Below are positions 9,706 to 21,525 of a DNA stretch of 32,000 bases, piece by piece (the stretch's first letter is position 1; each line of letters starts with the position of its first letter). The stretch covers positions 60,001 to 92,000 of the forward strand of contig CP002278.1 in the NCBI GenBank assembly GCA_000166095.1, in the 5' to 3' direction. The notes under the pieces are model-generated. The model was not told the DNA's origin and made no database searches. It saw only the letters and a list, made by a program, of their open reading frames with translations. The stretch is from Methanothermus fervidus DSM 2088. Lineage in GTDB: Archaea > Methanobacteriota > Methanobacteria > DSM-2088 > Methanothermaceae. The position numbers were made by a program, and so were the translations under genes.

Positions 9706-10496
9706 ATTGTGATTTACAAGTTCCTCAAGGACGAGTTGTTAAAGGTGTTGAATTTAAGAATATTAAGTATGCTGGTAACCCTGTTGAATTAGCAAAAAAA
9801 TATTATGAGGAAGGTGCTGATGAAATTGTTTTTTTAGATATCACCGCATCTCATGAACGAAGAGAAACCATGACACATGTCATTGAGGCTGTTGCAGAAA
9901 ATGTTTTTGTTCCTATATGTGTAGGTGGTGGCATAAAAACTGTCAACGATTTTACAAAAATGCTTAAGGCAGGCGCTGACAAATGTTCCATAAATACAGC
10001 TGCAATTAAAAATCCTGAATTAATTAATAAAGCTTCTAAAGTCGTTGGTTCACAAGCTTGCGTAGTTGCAATTGATGCTAAGCGCAGATATGTAAATGAT
10101 CCTAATGAAACAGATAAAATCGTTGTTAAAACAGAAAAAGGATATTGTTGGTATGAATGTAGTATATATGGTGGACGTAAATTTACTGGTATAGATGCAA
10201 TTGCCTGGGCAATGGAATGTGAAGAGAGAGGAGCAGGCGAAATATTATTGACTTCTATGGATAGAGATGGAACAAAAGAAGGATATGATATTCCATTAAT
10301 CAAAGAAATAACAAAAAGAGTGGACATCCCTGTCATTGCTTCAGGCGGTGTCGGAAACCCTAAACATATTTATGATGCGTTTAAGCTTGGAAACGCAGAT
10401 GCTGCATTGGCTGCAAGCATTTTTCATTATAATGAATATAGCATATCTGATGTAAAAAAATATTTGTGGGAAAAGGGTGTGGAAGTAAGGTTATAG
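9675..10496 (+). CDS. hisF: Imidazole glycerol phosphate synthase subunit HisF
   Basis: [59 protein letters not shown]...[10 protein letters not shown]...[12 protein letters not shown]. Confidence 0.95.
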   Translation: MVAKRIIPCLDCDLQVPQGRVVKGVEFKNIKYAGNPVELAKKYYEEGADEIVFLDITASHERRETMTHVIEAVAENVFVPICVGGGIKTVNDFTKMLKAGADKCSINTAAIKNPELINKASKVVGSQACVVAIDAKRRYVNDPNETDKIVVKTEKGYCWYECSIYGGRKFTGIDAIAWAMECEERGAGEILLTSMDRDGTKEGYDIPLIKEITKRVDIPVIASGGVGNPKHIYDAFKLGNADAALAASIFHYNEYSISDVKKYLWEKGVEVRL

Positions 10497-10497
10497 T

Positions 10498-11379
10498 ATG
10501 GAAATAAATAAAATAAAATGTGGAAAATTTAGTTTTAATGTTCCTAATTTTGACTTAAAATTAACAATGTTCAGTGGCCAGACTTCACAACCGCCTTGGA
10601 AACACAAAAATGATTATTATCAAGAGTTAATTTTTATTGAGGATAAACCATGTTTGATAAAAGTAAGACAAAAAAACAATCATTTAGAAGTTAAATATGA
10701 GACAGATACAAAAGTATCTCCCCAAGATATTAAAAAAACTATAAAATATATATTTGATTTAGAATTTAATTTGGATAAATTTTATTTTAATTTTACACAA
10801 AATGATTCAATATTTTCAAGAATTGTTGAAAAATACAATGGATTAAGACTTTTTCTTGCACATAATAAATATGAATGCATAATTTCATCAATTACGTCTG
10901 CAAATAATTCAATCTCAAAATGGACACGTTCAATATTGAGAATTAAAGAAAAATTAGGAAGAAAATATGTTTTTCCATCTTCTGAGGAGATGTACTATTT
11001 TCCTGATCCAGAAACAGTCTTAGAAAATAAAGATAAACTTAAGTATTGTGGAGTTGGTTATAGGTATAAATATATTGTTGAGACTACAAAAATTTTGTAT
11101 GAGAATTTATCTATTGATGAAGTTAATAAGATGGAATATGATGAAGCTTTTGAAACATTACTTGAGTTACCTGGTGTAGGTCCGAAGGTAGCTGATTGTA
11201 TTCTTTTATATGGATTTAGGAGATATGAAGCATTTCCAGTAGATATATGGATAACAAGGGCAATCAAAGATCTTTTTGGTGTATCTAAAGATATAAGAGA
11301 ATTTGGACAATCAAAATTTGGTAAATATGCTGGATATGCACAACTCTACCTATACCAATATATACGGCACAAAAAATGA
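10498..11379 (+). CDS. ogg: 8-oxoguanine DNA glycosylase (OGG1-type, HhH-GPD)
   Basis: LLELPGVGPKVADCILLYGFRRYEAFPVDIWITRAI: helix-hairpin-helix with catalytic Lys and GPD-type Asp; OGG-type N-terminal domain. Confidence 0.85.
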   Translation: MEINKIKCGKFSFNVPNFDLKLTMFSGQTSQPPWKHKNDYYQELIFIEDKPCLIKVRQKNNHLEVKYETDTKVSPQDIKKTIKYIFDLEFNLDKFYFNFTQNDSIFSRIVEKYNGLRLFLAHNKYECIISSITSANNSISKWTRSILRIKEKLGRKYVFPSSEEMYYFPDPETVLENKDKLKYCGVGYRYKYIVETTKILYENLSIDEVNKMEYDEAFETLLELPGVGPKVADCILLYGFRRYEAFPVDIWITRAIKDLFGVSKDIREFGQSKFGKYAGYAQLYLYQYIRHKK

Positions 11380-11948
11380 AATTTCAAAAAAATTTTAAAA
11401 ATTTTGAAAAATTTGTTAAAAAAACATATGAAAAATCTTTAAACATTCTTGAGAAGAAGTATTGTTGGAAATGTCCACAGAAAACAACAAGCCATATTAT
11501 TAAATGTAGAGAAGTGGAAATATACCAAAGACTTTATAAATCTTTTAAAAATGCTTTAAATGAATTTTTAATAAATAATTATTCTAAAGAAAATATTAAA
11601 AGAATAAAATCACGTTTATTCCAGAAGATTTCTAAAGAATTTTTAACATTGGTAAAAATTGATGAAAATTCTGATTATTTCGCTGGTAGCTGGATTATTC
11701 TTCGGAGAAACTCACGTGTAATCAAAAAAGGTGACCTAATTTTGTACAAAACTAACTCTGGTTTTAAAATGTCTAAAGTTCTTAGGAAATATTGTGAAGA
11801 TAACCTGGACTACATAGATGTTGGAGACAAAAAACTGCTTAATTATGAAATCTATGGTAAAATAGAGAAAATAATAGAACCTAATGATGATTTATATCCA
11901 ATTTTTGAAAATATTTCTGCACCCATAGTTCTAAAATTGACTTCCTAG
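11376..11948 (+). CDS. Conserved-type hypothetical protein, co-oriented with and overlapping ogg
   Basis: 190 aa with KYCWKCP and a later Cys; 4-nt ATGA overlap with ogg. No family recognised. Confidence 0.6.
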   Translation: MKFQKNFKNFEKFVKKTYEKSLNILEKKYCWKCPQKTTSHIIKCREVEIYQRLYKSFKNALNEFLINNYSKENIKRIKSRLFQKISKEFLTLVKIDENSDYFAGSWIILRRNSRVIKKGDLILYKTNSGFKMSKVLRKYCEDNLDYIDVGDKKLLNYEIYGKIEKIIEPNDDLYPIFENISAPIVLKLTS

Positions 11949-11950
11949 AC

Positions 11951-12454
11951 TTATAATCTCAAAATAACTTCTTCCTCTTCAAAAGCCCCTGGATCCTTCT
12001 CTATGCATTCCTTAACCTTTTCCTTTATCTGATCAGCATCCTCAACATCTATCAAATCAACAATCTCAACCTGTTTCTGGAATCTCTCCAATGCTTCCTC
12101 TGGTAAATTCTCTATGTAAGGTATTGCTCCCTTTGCACCAATTATCTTCCTTTTATCATCGACACCATTCTTATGTAACGCTTTCATACTCTGTCCAACA
12201 ATGTGCCCTTGAACCTCTGAACCACATAAAACTAGGAATCTTATGTTTGGATTTGAGATTATATTTGCTATTACCTTCTCTATTCCTAAATTCTCTGTCT
12301 TGCAAGGCCCAGCTATTGCAGCTCCTGCATCTATTGGTATATCTTCTATATGTGATGCTAATGTTACTGCTGCAACAGGACTTTCAGGATCTCCAACAAT
12401 ATAATCTCCACTAACTACTGGCCATCCTTCTGCTGGTTCTTTTTTCTTTACCAT
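11951..12454 (-). CDS. mtrA: Solitary tetrahydromethanopterin S-methyltransferase subunit A (MtrA) paralogue without C-terminal TM helix
   Basis: [89 protein letters not shown]; ends in an acidic tail. Confidence 0.85.
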   Translation of the reverse strand: MVKKKEPAEGWPVVSGDYIVGDPESPVAAVTLASHIEDIPIDAGAAIAGPCKTENLGIEKVIANIISNPNIRFLVLCGSEVQGHIVGQSMKALHKNGVDDKRKIIGAKGAIPYIENLPEEALERFQKQVEIVDLIDVEDADQIKEKVKECIEKDPGAFEEEEVILRL

Positions 12455-12582
12455 ATTTTTTCACCTCCTTCTTCTTTTGTTTAATTATTTGTTCATTAAT
12501 TATTAAATTGTTTTCTATTTTTCAATTTATTATGATAAATTTAAAAAAAGTTTATTAAAAATCAATTATTTGTTTAAAAAAG

Positions 12583-13536
12583 TTATTTAAATAACCAAGG
12601 TTCCATTAATACAGCCTTACATTCATGTTTAAATTTACATTTTCCACAATTTCTAGGCATTGGACATCCTATTTTTTTAACATATTCGTCTATGTTTTTC
12701 ATTTCCTTTGGATAGTATCCTGAATAATTTACATTTTTTAAACCAATTTCTTTGCATTTTTTAACCAATTTTTCCATAAGTTTTTTACTTGGACCTGCAT
12801 GATAATACAAAACAAAATTTGGTCTAAATCCTATCAATTTATAATTTAATGAAGGATCAATGTCTTTGATAAATTCTGCTATTTTTAAAACTTGTGAATC
12901 AGTAATTTTAGGAATAACAACAGATCTAAAAACTCTTATTTTTTCTGGATGATTTTTTGCAAGATATTCTGCATTTCTGAGTACAGGATCTACAGGAGCG
13001 CCAGTTAAGTTTTGATGTATGTCGTTGTCAAAGGCTTTTATCTCAAAATTTATGAAAGATGCAATTTTTACCAATTTTTTAAAAGTTTTCTTAGTTGCAA
13101 ATCCATTCGTTGCAAAACCAATTCTTAAATTTTCTTTTTCTTCTGTTACATATTTTATGACTTCCTCTATGTATGGAAGATGTATCGAGGGTTCACCACC
13201 TGTGAAACTAATTCCAGAAACTCCTATTTTTTTAGCTATTTTACTTTCTAATTGTCTTAAAATTTCCTTACCTAATTTCTCAGGTTCTACATAACCCCTA
13301 TATATCCAACCAGTGTCAGGATATTGTGAAATTCTATAAGCATTACAATAAAAACATCTAAATGAGCATCCAAGGAAAGTTATAGCATATGTTTTTAAAA
13401 GATACGTAATGCTTGTGTATGCAATTTCTGGTAATGTGCTTCTACAAACGCCTCTTTCACCTTTTATTCTATTTACACCACATTTCCATTCACAAAGTTT
13501 GCAATTTTTAAATTCTTTTAAATTCATTTCCCTCAA
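12583..13536 (-). CDS. Radical SAM protein, pyruvate formate-lyase activating enzyme-related, with extra N- and C-terminal Cys motifs
   Basis: CSFRCFYCNAYRIS (CxxxCxxC), SFTGGEPSIH, N-terminal CKLCEWKCGVNR..GERGVC, C-terminal CPMPRNCGKCKFKHEC. Confidence 0.85.
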   Translation of the reverse strand: MREMNLKEFKNCKLCEWKCGVNRIKGERGVCRSTLPEIAYTSITYLLKTYAITFLGCSFRCFYCNAYRISQYPDTGWIYRGYVEPEKLGKEILRQLESKIAKKIGVSGISFTGGEPSIHLPYIEEVIKYVTEEKENLRIGFATNGFATKKTFKKLVKIASFINFEIKAFDNDIHQNLTGAPVDPVLRNAEYLAKNHPEKIRVFRSVVIPKITDSQVLKIAEFIKDIDPSLNYKLIGFRPNFVLYYHAGPSKKLMEKLVKKCKEIGLKNVNYSGYYPKEMKNIDEYVKKIGCPMPRNCGKCKFKHECKAVLMEPWLFK

Positions 13537-13759
13537 TAAAAAAATTATTTTAAAACAAAATCTATTGTTTGTGATAAAAAATATTTAATTATTATTATTG
13601 TTATTAATGTTTGGAACTATTGTAGGTTCTGTGTAGTAATACAATTTTATTTAACGTGTTTGTTTTTCATCAATATTCCAAAATACAACAAATTCTGTTG
13701 AAAAAAGCATGACTAGTTATTTCATTAAAAATAAAATTAAAACAAAAAAATTTAAAAGT

Positions 13760-15655
13760 TTAATCTTCTAATGTAGATGTATCTCCTAACTCTTCACCTA
13801 ACTCTTTAGCTCTTAATATCCTCCTCATGACTTTACCGCTTCTAGTTTTAGGTAATTTATCAACTTGTTCCATTTCGCCAATAACTGCTATTGGTCCAAT
13901 TTCATGTTTCACATGTTCTTTTATTTTTTCCATTAAATTGACATCTAATTTCTTACCATTTTTTAAAACTAAAAATGCTTTGATGACATTGCCCTTAATT
14001 GGATCAGGTTTACCAATTACTGCAGCCTCTGCAACATCAGGATGTGAAATTAACGCAGATTCGACTTCTGCAGTTCCAATTCTATGTCCAGAAATATTTA
14101 TAACATCATCTGACCTTCCTAAAATCCAGAAGTAACTATCTTTATCTTTTTTCCCCACATCTGTTGCCAAATAATAACCTGGAATAGTTTCCCAATATTC
14201 TCTATACCTTTTTTCGTCTTTATAAATGGTTCTCATCATTGCTGGCCAAGGCTTTTTTATGACAACATAACCTTTTTCTCCAGGTTTCACAGGATCGCCA
14301 TTCTTATTTACAATGTCTGCATCAATGCCAGGAAGAGGTTTTGTTACAGATCCTGGTTTTAATGGTGCAGTTGGCAATGGAGATATCATGTGCATTCCTG
14401 TTTCTGTTTGCCACCAAGTATCCATTATTGGACATCTTTCATTACCAATAACTTTGTAATACCATAACCAAGTTTCAGGATCAATGGGTTCTCCAACAGT
14501 GCCAAGAATTTTTAAAGTAGAAAGATTGTATTTTTTTGGATGCCTATCACCAAACCTTCGAAGATGTCTCAATGCTGTTGGAGCTGTATAAAATTTTGTT
14601 ACACCGTATTTTTCAATTATTCTCCACCATATTGCAGGATCTGGATAATCAGGTGCTCCTTCATATATTATAGTTGTTGTTCCAAGTAGTAAAGGACCAT
14701 ATACTATATAACTATGCCCTGTTATCCATCCTATGTCTGCTGTACAGAAATAGAGATCATCATCATGAATATCAAATACCATTTTGAGTGTGCTGCTTAC
14801 ACCTACCATATATCCACCGACTGTATGTAGAACACCCTTTGGTTTACCAGTGCTTCCTGAAGTATAGAGGATAAACAATGGATCCTCTGCATCCATTTTT
14901 TCTGGAGGACATTCTGAATCTTCACCTTCTATTAATTTATCATAGAAAAATTCCCTACCTGTTAATTCTGAGATTTTTACAGGTACATTAGCATGATTTA
15001 CAACTACTATGGTTTCAACACTAGGACATTTTGCTACAGCTTCATCCACATTATCTTTAAGTTTTATAATCCTTCCTCGTCTAAATGTAGCATCAGCAGT
15101 TATTACTACTTTTGCATTTGTTTCTCTTATTCTTTCTTCTAATGCTCCTACACTTAATCCTGAAAACACTACTGTATGAATTGCACCTATCTTTGCACAA
15201 GCTAACATCGATATAACTAATTCAGGGCACATTGGTAGATATAAACAAACTACATCGCCTTTTTTCACACCAAGTCTTTTTAAGGCATTTGCCATTTTAT
15301 TTACTTCTGTGTATAACTCATAATACGTTAGTTTCCGTTCTTTTTCTTTTTCACTAGTGTAAATAATTGCAACTTTGTTTCTTTTTCCAGTTTTTATCCA
15401 TCTGTCTACAGCATTATATGTGATATTTGTTTTACCATTCACAAACCATTTATAAAAAGGTTTATTGCTGTCATCCAATACCATGTCCCATTTTTTAAAC
15501 CATTTAAAATCTTTAGCCTTTTTCTTCCAATATTCTTCAATGTCTTTTCCTTTTTCAATCTCTTTTTCCCAATCCTTTACATGTGCTCTTTTTACAATTT
15601 CTTCTGGTGGTTCTATTATCATGTCTTCAAAATTTTCTTTCATACTTTCCACCAT
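13760..15655 (-). CDS. acs: Acetyl-CoA synthetase (AMP-forming)
   Basis: [53 protein letters not shown]. Confidence 0.95.
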   Translation of the reverse strand: MVESMKENFEDMIIEPPEEIVKRAHVKDWEKEIEKGKDIEEYWKKKAKDFKWFKKWDMVLDDSNKPFYKWFVNGKTNITYNAVDRWIKTGKRNKVAIIYTSEKEKERKLTYYELYTEVNKMANALKRLGVKKGDVVCLYLPMCPELVISMLACAKIGAIHTVVFSGLSVGALEERIRETNAKVVITADATFRRGRIIKLKDNVDEAVAKCPSVETIVVVNHANVPVKISELTGREFFYDKLIEGEDSECPPEKMDAEDPLFILYTSGSTGKPKGVLHTVGGYMVGVSSTLKMVFDIHDDDLYFCTADIGWITGHSYIVYGPLLLGTTTIIYEGAPDYPDPAIWWRIIEKYGVTKFYTAPTALRHLRRFGDRHPKKYNLSTLKILGTVGEPIDPETWLWYYKVIGNERCPIMDTWWQTETGMHMISPLPTAPLKPGSVTKPLPGIDADIVNKNGDPVKPGEKGYVVIKKPWPAMMRTIYKDEKRYREYWETIPGYYLATDVGKKDKDSYFWILGRSDDVINISGHRIGTAEVESALISHPDVAEAAVIGKPDPIKGNVIKAFLVLKNGKKLDVNLMEKIKEHVKHEIGPIAVIGEMEQVDKLPKTRSGKVMRRILRAKELGEELGDTSTLED

Positions 15656-15743
15656 TTTTATTTCTATTGAAAATTGATATATATTAATTATGATAATTAT
15701 GAAAATAAAATTAAAATGTAATACTAATTAAGAAAAAATAAAA

Positions 15744-17333
15744 TTAGGAAGATTCCTCTTCTCCCTTTGATTTAAATGTTTCACTTGCCGCAATTACATC
15801 GTCAATTCTTAATATCATTTCTGCTGCTTCCGCTGCTGATTGTACTGCTTGCTTTTTAACTCTGTATGGTTCTATTACGCCCATTTCAAGCATGTCTATA
15901 ACTTCACCACTGAAAACATCAATTCCCATAGTTGTTGATTCTTCATGTGCAGCTCTCAAATCAACTAGTACATCAATACTATCCATACCTGCATTCTCTG
16001 CCAATGTCTTTGGAATTATTTCTAATGCATCTGCAAATGCTTGAATTGCTAATTGCTCTCTTCCACTTACTGTTTCTGCATAATCTCTTAATCTCTTTGC
16101 AAGCTCAACTTCAGGAGCTCCTCCACCAGCGACTATTTTCTTATCTTCTATGACTGCAGACACAACGCCTATAGCATCTTCCACTGCTCTTTCAACTTCA
16201 CTTACTACATGTTTAGTGCTACCTCTAAGAATTATAGAAACAGCTTTTGGATTTTTACAACCTTCAACAAATGTTAATATTTCATCAAATATTTTCTTTT
16301 CATAAACAACTTCTGCTTCGCCTAAATCATCTTCTGTTAAATCTCGAATGTCCATTACTATTTTTCCACCAGTAGCTTTCTCTAAGCGTTTCATATCTGT
16401 ATTTTTAACTCTTTTGAGTGCATATATTCCTTCTCTAGCTAAATAGTGTTGTGCTAAATCATCAATGCCTTTTTGACAGAATACAACATTTGCACCAACA
16501 TCTACTATTTTTTGAACCATCTCTTTTATCATTTCCTCTTCTTGTTCAATGAATTTTTGCATTTGTGATGGATCTGTAATTCTAATTTTTGCATCGATCT
16601 CTGTCTCCTTAACTTCTAAAGGATATTTTAACAATGCTATTTTTGCATTTTCAATTTTTTTAGGCATCAATGGAGATACCCTTCCTTTATCAATTGCAAG
16701 ACCGTCTACAATTTGGGAATCATCAACTGATGCTCCAGCTATTCTTTGGATGTGAATATAATCTTTATCAACTTCTCCATTCTCTTCCACTTGTTTTACA
16801 GCTTTAACAACTAACTCTGCTAGTGGTTTTCTAGCTTTCTCTGAACCTTTTCCAGTCATTGCTGTCATTGCAACCTTTAACAATGTTTCTTCATCATCTG
16901 CAGTTATTGCAATATCATCTAATATCTCCTGAGCTTTTTTAGCTGCTTTTCTGTAACCCATTGATATTATTGTAGGATGTATATCCATATCTAGTAAATC
17001 TTCTGCTTTCTTGAGTAACTCTCCAGCTAAAACAACGGCTGTTGTTGTACCGTCTCCAACCTCATCCTCTTGAGTTTTAGCAACCTCAACGAGCATTTTT
17101 GCTGCAGGATGCTCAATATCCATTTCCTTTAAAATTGTTACACCGTCATTTGTGACAACTATGTCTCCTAGAGAATCAACAAGCATCTTGTCCATTCCTT
17201 TAGGTCCTAATGTTGTCCTTATGGTCTCTCCTAATACTTTTCCTGCTAAAATGTTCATTCTTTGTGCGTCTCTACCTATGTATCTTTTTGTTTTTGCAGG
17301 TAAAATATATATGGGTGTATTTAGTCCTCTCAA
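15744..17333 (-). CDS. Thermosome (group II chaperonin) subunit, copy 1, lacking a GGM-rich tail
   Basis: [39 protein letters not shown], apical domain, [13 protein letters not shown]; C-terminus ...[16 protein letters not shown]. Confidence 0.96.
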   Translation of the reverse strand: MRGLNTPIYILPAKTKRYIGRDAQRMNILAGKVLGETIRTTLGPKGMDKMLVDSLGDIVVTNDGVTILKEMDIEHPAAKMLVEVAKTQEDEVGDGTTTAVVLAGELLKKAEDLLDMDIHPTIISMGYRKAAKKAQEILDDIAITADDEETLLKVAMTAMTGKGSEKARKPLAELVVKAVKQVEENGEVDKDYIHIQRIAGASVDDSQIVDGLAIDKGRVSPLMPKKIENAKIALLKYPLEVKETEIDAKIRITDPSQMQKFIEQEEEMIKEMVQKIVDVGANVVFCQKGIDDLAQHYLAREGIYALKRVKNTDMKRLEKATGGKIVMDIRDLTEDDLGEAEVVYEKKIFDEILTFVEGCKNPKAVSIILRGSTKHVVSEVERAVEDAIGVVSAVIEDKKIVAGGGAPEVELAKRLRDYAETVSGREQLAIQAFADALEIIPKTLAENAGMDSIDVLVDLRAAHEESTTMGIDVFSGEVIDMLEMGVIEPYRVKKQAVQSAAEAAEMILRIDDVIAASETFKSKGEEESS

Positions 17334-17433
17334 AAGATCACCTTTCCTTTTTTGTGAATTGTTTTAATAATTTCTCAATAAATCTAAAAAAATTTGATGT
17401 TAGATCTTTATGTTATTTGGATGCTAGCTCTTT

Positions 17434-18012
17434 CTATATAAAACTTTTGTTTTTTGCATCTGTTAACAAATTCCACTTAAATTCCCAAAAATATTTTTCT
17501 TCTTCTTTAGATGGTTTTAAATGCTCCATTTCATGAGAAATACCATATGCTACAGGGCCTTTAAAGGTTAATGGACCTCTTAATTTTTTTATTCTTATTT
17601 CATTACTCATAGGATCTAACTCAGCTTTTATTATTGTTTTACCGTCTATAGTAATTTTGTAGGGTCTTTTAACTAATTTTCTTTCTTTTTCATTTCCACA
17701 TTTTTCTAGACGATAAACTGTGCCTTCTTTACTTAATATTTTTGGATTTAGGAATAAATAGATTTTTTCTAAAGTATATCCTATTTTTTTATTTTCATCA
17801 TAACGAGTCACTTTTTCCTTCACAGCTATAGAACTTTCAGAATTTTTTACGACACTCCAGTCTCCACCAAAACGAATAGAAAAAATAAGAGGTAAGAAAC
17901 TTTCTTTGGGAATATTAAGTTCTTCTATTATTCTTTTTTCTTCCACAGCAAATTTTAACATTTTTTTAATATTAGAAACTTTCAATATATCACCTATTGT
18001 TTTTAAAATCAT
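17434..18012 (-). CDS. Divergent peptide-deformylase-like metalloprotein
   Basis: [40 protein letters not shown]...[22 protein letters not shown] resembles PDF [23 protein letters not shown]...GLLAICIQHEMDHL (Cys ligand plus HExxH). Confidence 0.6.
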
Positions 18013-19372
18013 CTATTGCCATTTCTACAACTTCAATAATTGCATCATCGATGTTTCCATAACTCTCATCTATAACTACAGGAATATTATCACAATATAC
18101 AACATCTAGACCAGCTTCTATAGCTACCCTAGTTGCAACGTCAACAGCTGCAGCCTTTAATTCCGTCAACATTAAATCTGCCTTGTTTATATATTTTTTT
18201 AAATCTCTACGTAATAATGGACGATTTGATAAATGTGGTGTGACACCTACCACATCGCATCCATATTTACTTTCTAGATAATTAACTAATTTCCCTACAA
18301 CAACTTTTGGTGCTGTAGTTGCAAATAACACTTTTTTACCTTCAACATTGCCTACTGGTTTAGGTCTAAATACAGTAGGAATAACATTTGCTGATGGATT
18401 TATTTCTTTTATAAATTTTTCTACCTTTTTAATTTTTTCTGTAGTTGCCATAGGTTCTTCACACATTGTTATTATGACAAGATCTGCTAATCCTATCCTA
18501 AATGGTCCAAAGAAATTGTTAATATTTATCATTGGCTGATTTGCACCAACTGTAACTATTTGCCTATTTGTTTTAACAGGAGGTATTGCTGCTCCACTAC
18601 CTTCCATTATAACAAAGTCAGAATCTAATTTATTGGCAATTTCAGCACCTCTTTTCACATTTGTTATGAATGTATCACCAAGCATTCCACCGCCACATCT
18701 TCTACATCCGACTGTAAGAATTCTACTCATTAATGCATCTTCCCAATGATCTGATGCTGCATGTACACCTTTATCAGCTTGTTCTAATAAATATTCAGCT
18801 GTTATTTCTATTTTATTTCCTTCTACTATTTCAGGTTCTCGTGGTCCTCCACGACCCATCGCAACTACACATGGATTGTATTTATGTTTATGAATGACTC
18901 TTGCAGCATATGCAGATACCGCAGTTTTTCCTATTCTTTTTCCAGTTCCTATAATTTTAATCGATGGCTTTTCTAACACATCATATTCTGTAAGTGGTTC
19001 AAATTTAAAATCAGCGCCCTGATATACAGCGCCTTCTTTTAGAACTATGGATGCTATTCTAAATCTTTTTGTATAATCTACAACAGGTTCATCACTTAAA
19101 TCCATAACTATATCAGCATTATATTTTTTTACACATTTTTTTATTACATCATATGGTATTTTTTTTGGATCAGGCCCAAAAAAAACTGGTTTTCCTAATT
19201 TTTCAGAATATTCTTTAGGATCTTCAATTTGGAGTTTTTCAGTTCCCCCAATGAATACTACAGCTACAACGTCTATATGTTCAAGATCATCCAATATTTC
19301 AATAGAATCTTTAACTACAGGAAAATAATGTTCACCATCTACTAAGCATATCATTTTTTTAGTTTCACCCAT
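17990..19372 (-). CDS. cpgS: Cyclic 2,3-diphosphoglycerate synthetase
   Basis: [21 protein letters not shown]..., [37 protein letters not shown]..., [24 protein letters not shown]; preceded by AAGGAGG RBS-like sequence. Confidence 0.9.
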
Positions 19373-19440
19373 TTTTATCCTCCTTAGCTTTGGTATAATT
19401 ATATTGTAATCGTGTTTTGATAAGTAAACTATTCCACAAA

Positions 19441-19545
19441 GTTTCTACCTCATCGAGGAAACTTGTCTGAGGCTATCTAATTTGTAGAAGATAGCCTTGG
19501 GCAGAGGTATTATCCAGACAGATTATTAAGGCTGTCTCTCCCTCT
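19441..19545. ncRNA. Candidate structured RNA segment: three consecutive hairpins in the cpgS/ilvD divergent intergenic region
   Basis: GTTT...CCTC/GAGG...AAAC (19441-19462), perfect 9-bp AGGCTATCT/AGATAGCCT (19470-19478/19489-19497), nested AGAGG/CCTCT and AGACAG/CTGTCT (19503-19545). Confidence 0.4.
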
Positions 19546-19616
19546 CATTTTTATTCACATATTGATATATTTAATAATCTCTATCTTATTTTTCATGGCT
19601 TAGCGTTATAACGTTT

Positions 19617-19824
19617 CTTTTGGATTTACTTCCGAATACTGGCTTTTAGCTTTGTATTAATAAGTGAAGGAATTTACCGAAAGGCATCCAAAAATTTGAG
19701 TAAATTATGATTTTTTAACTATATTTCTTCTTATCTTAAGTTATATATTATTGAATAACTATAAATGCTTTTCAGCTCTCACCTCCACACGTTCGCATGG
19801 AGATTTCTCGCCGATAGAATTTAA
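19617..19824. repeat. Dispersed noncoding element, copy B
   Basis: By-eye alignment with 4734-4904, including 3' hairpin CTCCA...TGGAG followed by GATTTCTCGCCGATAGAATT. Confidence 0.6.
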
Positions 19825-19875
19825 ATGAAAATTGTCATTAATAATGATTGAAGATAATTTTCTGGAGGTCTAAAA

Positions 19876-21525
19876 TTGATAAGCGACGAAATAAAAAAAG
19901 GTGTAGAAAGGAGTCCACATAGGGCATTGCTTAGGGCGTGCGGTGTCACAGATTCAGATTTTGATAAACCCTTTATAGGAATTGCCAATAGTTTTACAGA
20001 AATAGTACCAGGTCATATACACCTTAAAAAATTATCTAAATTTGTTAAGTTGGGAATTAGCCAAGCAGGTGGAGTGCCTTTTGAATTCAATACAATAGCA
20101 ATATGTGATGGTATAGCTATGAATCATGAAGGAATGAAATATTCTCTTGCATCTAGAGAACTTATAGCTGACAGTATTGAAAGCATGGCTAAAGCTCATT
20201 GCTTTGATGGATTAGTGTTATTGTCTTCATGTGATAAAATAATACCAGGAATGCTAATGGCTGCAGCAAGATTAAACATCCCATCTATAGTTATAACAGG
20301 AGGTCCTATGTTACCTGGAGAATTTAATGGTAAAGTTGTAGATTTGATAGATGTATTTGAAGGAATAGGAGCTGTGAATTCTAAAAAAATGAAAAAAGAG
20401 GAATTATATAAATTAGAAGAGGTTGCATGCCCTGGCCCTGGCTCATGTGCAGGATTATTCACAGCAAATACTATGGCTTGTGTTACTGAAGCCCTTGGCA
20501 TGAGTCTTCCAGGTTGTGCAACAGCTCATGCCGTAACTTCAAAAAAAATGCATATAGCTAAATTATCTGGTCAGAAAATTGTAAAAATGGTAAAAAATAA
20601 TATGAAGCCTAGAGACATAATGACAAGAAGTGCATTTGAAAATGCAATAGCTGTTGACCTTGCATTAGGGGGATCTACAAATACAGTTTTACATTTATTG
20701 GCGATAGCAAATGAATCTAATGTGGAAATAACTTTGGACACGTTTGATGAGATAGGGAGAAAAATACCTAACATAACTTCAATTTCACCGGCTGGAAAGC
20801 ATAGAATGATTGATTTAGATAGAGCAGGTGGAGTACCTGCTATAATGAAAACATTAAAAGACAAAATAAATTTAGATACTGTTACGTGTACTGGTAAAAC
20901 TTGGAGAGAAATCCTGAGAGATTTTAAAGTGAAAGATAGGAAAGTCATAAGACCCATTGAAAAACCTATACATAAAGAAGGTGGAATAGCAATATTAAAA
21001 GGTAATTTAGCTCCAAATGGTGCAGTAGTCAAACAAAATGCTGTAAAAAAAGACATGTTAAAACATGAAGGTCCTGCAAGAGTTTTTGATAGTGAAGAAG
21101 AATGTGTTAAGGCCATTCGCAATTTTAAAATAAAAGAAGGAGATGTAGTTGTTATAAGATATGAGGGACCTAAAGGTGGTCCAGGAATGCGTGAAATGTT
21201 AAGACCAACTTCTGCCATTGTTGGAAGTGGATTAAAACGTGTTGCACTTGTTACTGATGGAAGATTTTCTGGAGGTACAAGAGGGCCATGTATAGGCCAT
21301 GTTTCACCTGAAGCCGCTGAAAATGGACCTATAGCTGCTATAAGAGATGGTGATATCATAAGCATAGATATACCAAATCGTAGGCTTGAGGTTAAACTGA
21401 AAAAAGAAGAAATATTAAAAAGACTTAAATCTATTACTAAACCTAAAAAAGAAGTAAAAGGTTGGTTAGCAAGATATCAAAAATTCGCAACATCTGCTGA
21501 TAAAGGTGCAATTTTAAGGTGTTGA
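19876..21525 (+). CDS. ilvD: Dihydroxy-acid dehydratase
   Basis: [82 protein letters not shown]; TTG start with upstream GGAGGT. Confidence 0.95.
   Translation: MISDEIKKGVERSPHRALLRACGVTDSDFDKPFIGIANSFTEIVPGHIHLKKLSKFVKLGISQAGGVPFEFNTIAICDGIAMNHEGMKYSLASRELIADSIESMAKAHCFDGLVLLSSCDKIIPGMLMAAARLNIPSIVITGGPMLPGEFNGKVVDLIDVFEGIGAVNSKKMKKEELYKLEEVACPGPGSCAGLFTANTMACVTEALGMSLPGCATAHAVTSKKMHIAKLSGQKIVKMVKNNMKPRDIMTRSAFENAIAVDLALGGSTNTVLHLLAIANESNVEITLDTFDEIGRKIPNITSISPAGKHRMIDLDRAGGVPAIMKTLKDKINLDTVTCTGKTWREILRDFKVKDRKVIRPIEKPIHKEGGIAILKGNLAPNGAVVKQNAVKKDMLKHEGPARVFDSEEECVKAIRNFKIKEGDVVVIRYEGPKGGPGMREMLRPTSAIVGSGLKRVALVTDGRFSGGTRGPCIGHVSPEAAENGPIAAIRDGDIISIDIPNRRLEVKLKKEEILKRLKSITKPKKEVKGWLARYQKFATSADKGAILRC

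Noticed and set aside
12091-12414. 107-aa plus-strand ORF antisense to the mtrA paralogue
   Set aside because: Leu/Gln-rich low-complexity translation typical of an antisense frame; the sense frame has clear MtrA motifs.
15932-16153. Plus-strand ORF over thermosome copy 1, with a similar antisense ORF at 25033-25254
   Set aside because: They are antisense to near-identical thermosome sequence, so their mutual similarity just reflects the duplicated gene.
20571-21365. 264-aa minus-strand ORF inside ilvD (also 20196-20501)
   Set aside because: Fully antisense to well-supported ilvD; no family-like motifs.
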